A stretch of 63,301 nt of DNA, filler included, from Collodictyon triciliatum (taxonomy: Eukaryota): the NCBI GenBank assembly GCA_043381765.1. It is 5 parts of 5 records of this genome, joined end to end, with 100 filler letters (N's around TTAATTAATTAA, not from the genome) between each part and the next. Parts side by side here need not be neighbours in the genome. Positions count along the whole stretch, not along the records: positions 59,258 to 63,301 come from JBHJMP010001959.1; 4 more parts are not named here. The stretch is one strand, 5' to 3'. The stretch's first letter is position 1; every line of letters starts with the position of its first letter. Of this stretch, positions 62,879-63,301 are shown piece by piece. A program made the translations under genes and the position numbers. The notes below the pieces were generated by a model that was not told the origin of the DNA, did no database searches, and worked only from the letters and a program-made list of their open reading frames with translations.

Positions 62879-63301
62879 GTTGTCGAAGGCCGAGGTTGGT
62901 CTCTAAACAGCGGCAGGAGAAACTGGCAGTGTCGCGATTCGTGGGCAAAAGGAATGTTTTCAATGATCCGTATGTTGGGTAAAAGTATAACAATGAGATT
63001 ACCTTGGAATGGTCGCGTAGATGGAAAGTGAGTATAAGTCTTTATTTACCGGGGTTGATCGGTTCTTGTTCGTATATGTTGATATTTTTATGTGATTTTG
63101 TGTTTTCGTGTGTTTTTATGTTTTTTTTTTATGTTTTTAGTTTTTTTAGTTTATTGGTTTTTTAGTTTATTGGTTTTTTGTTTTTCGTTGTTTTTTTTTG
63201 TTTTTTTTTGTTTTTTTTGTTTTTTTGTTTTTTAGTTTATTGGTTTTTTGTTTTTCGTTGTTTTTTTTTGTTTTTTGTTTTTCGTTGTTTTTTTTGTTTT
63301 T

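Overview
Draft-assembly window from an intron-rich, AT-rich unicellular eukaryote. It has GT-AG introns full of microsatellites and five N-gaps, four of them carrying an artificial TTAATTAATTAA linker. Recognisable host genes: PP1 catalytic subunit, DEK, an Aa_trans/SLC38-type transporter, a highly divergent full-length ABCA transporter, a Polo-like kinase, a myristoylated PPP phosphatase with EF-hands, two membrane RING proteins, an LRR gene, a TPR exon and a pentapeptide-WD40 protein. The stand-out object is a ~2.2 kb mobile element present twice (1565-3778 minus, complete; 13240-14748 plus, cut by a gap). It encodes a frameshifted Fanzor1-type (eukaryotic TnpB/Cas12-like) RuvC nuclease followed by a G-U-containing multi-hairpin cassette (candidate omegaRNA). 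The element has Helitron-type ends (A|TC...hairpin-CTAG|T), no TIRs and no transposase, so it looks like a non-autonomous Helitron carrying an RNA-guided nuclease system. Relics of non-LTR retrotransposons are also present. All calls are by eye; no database searches were run.
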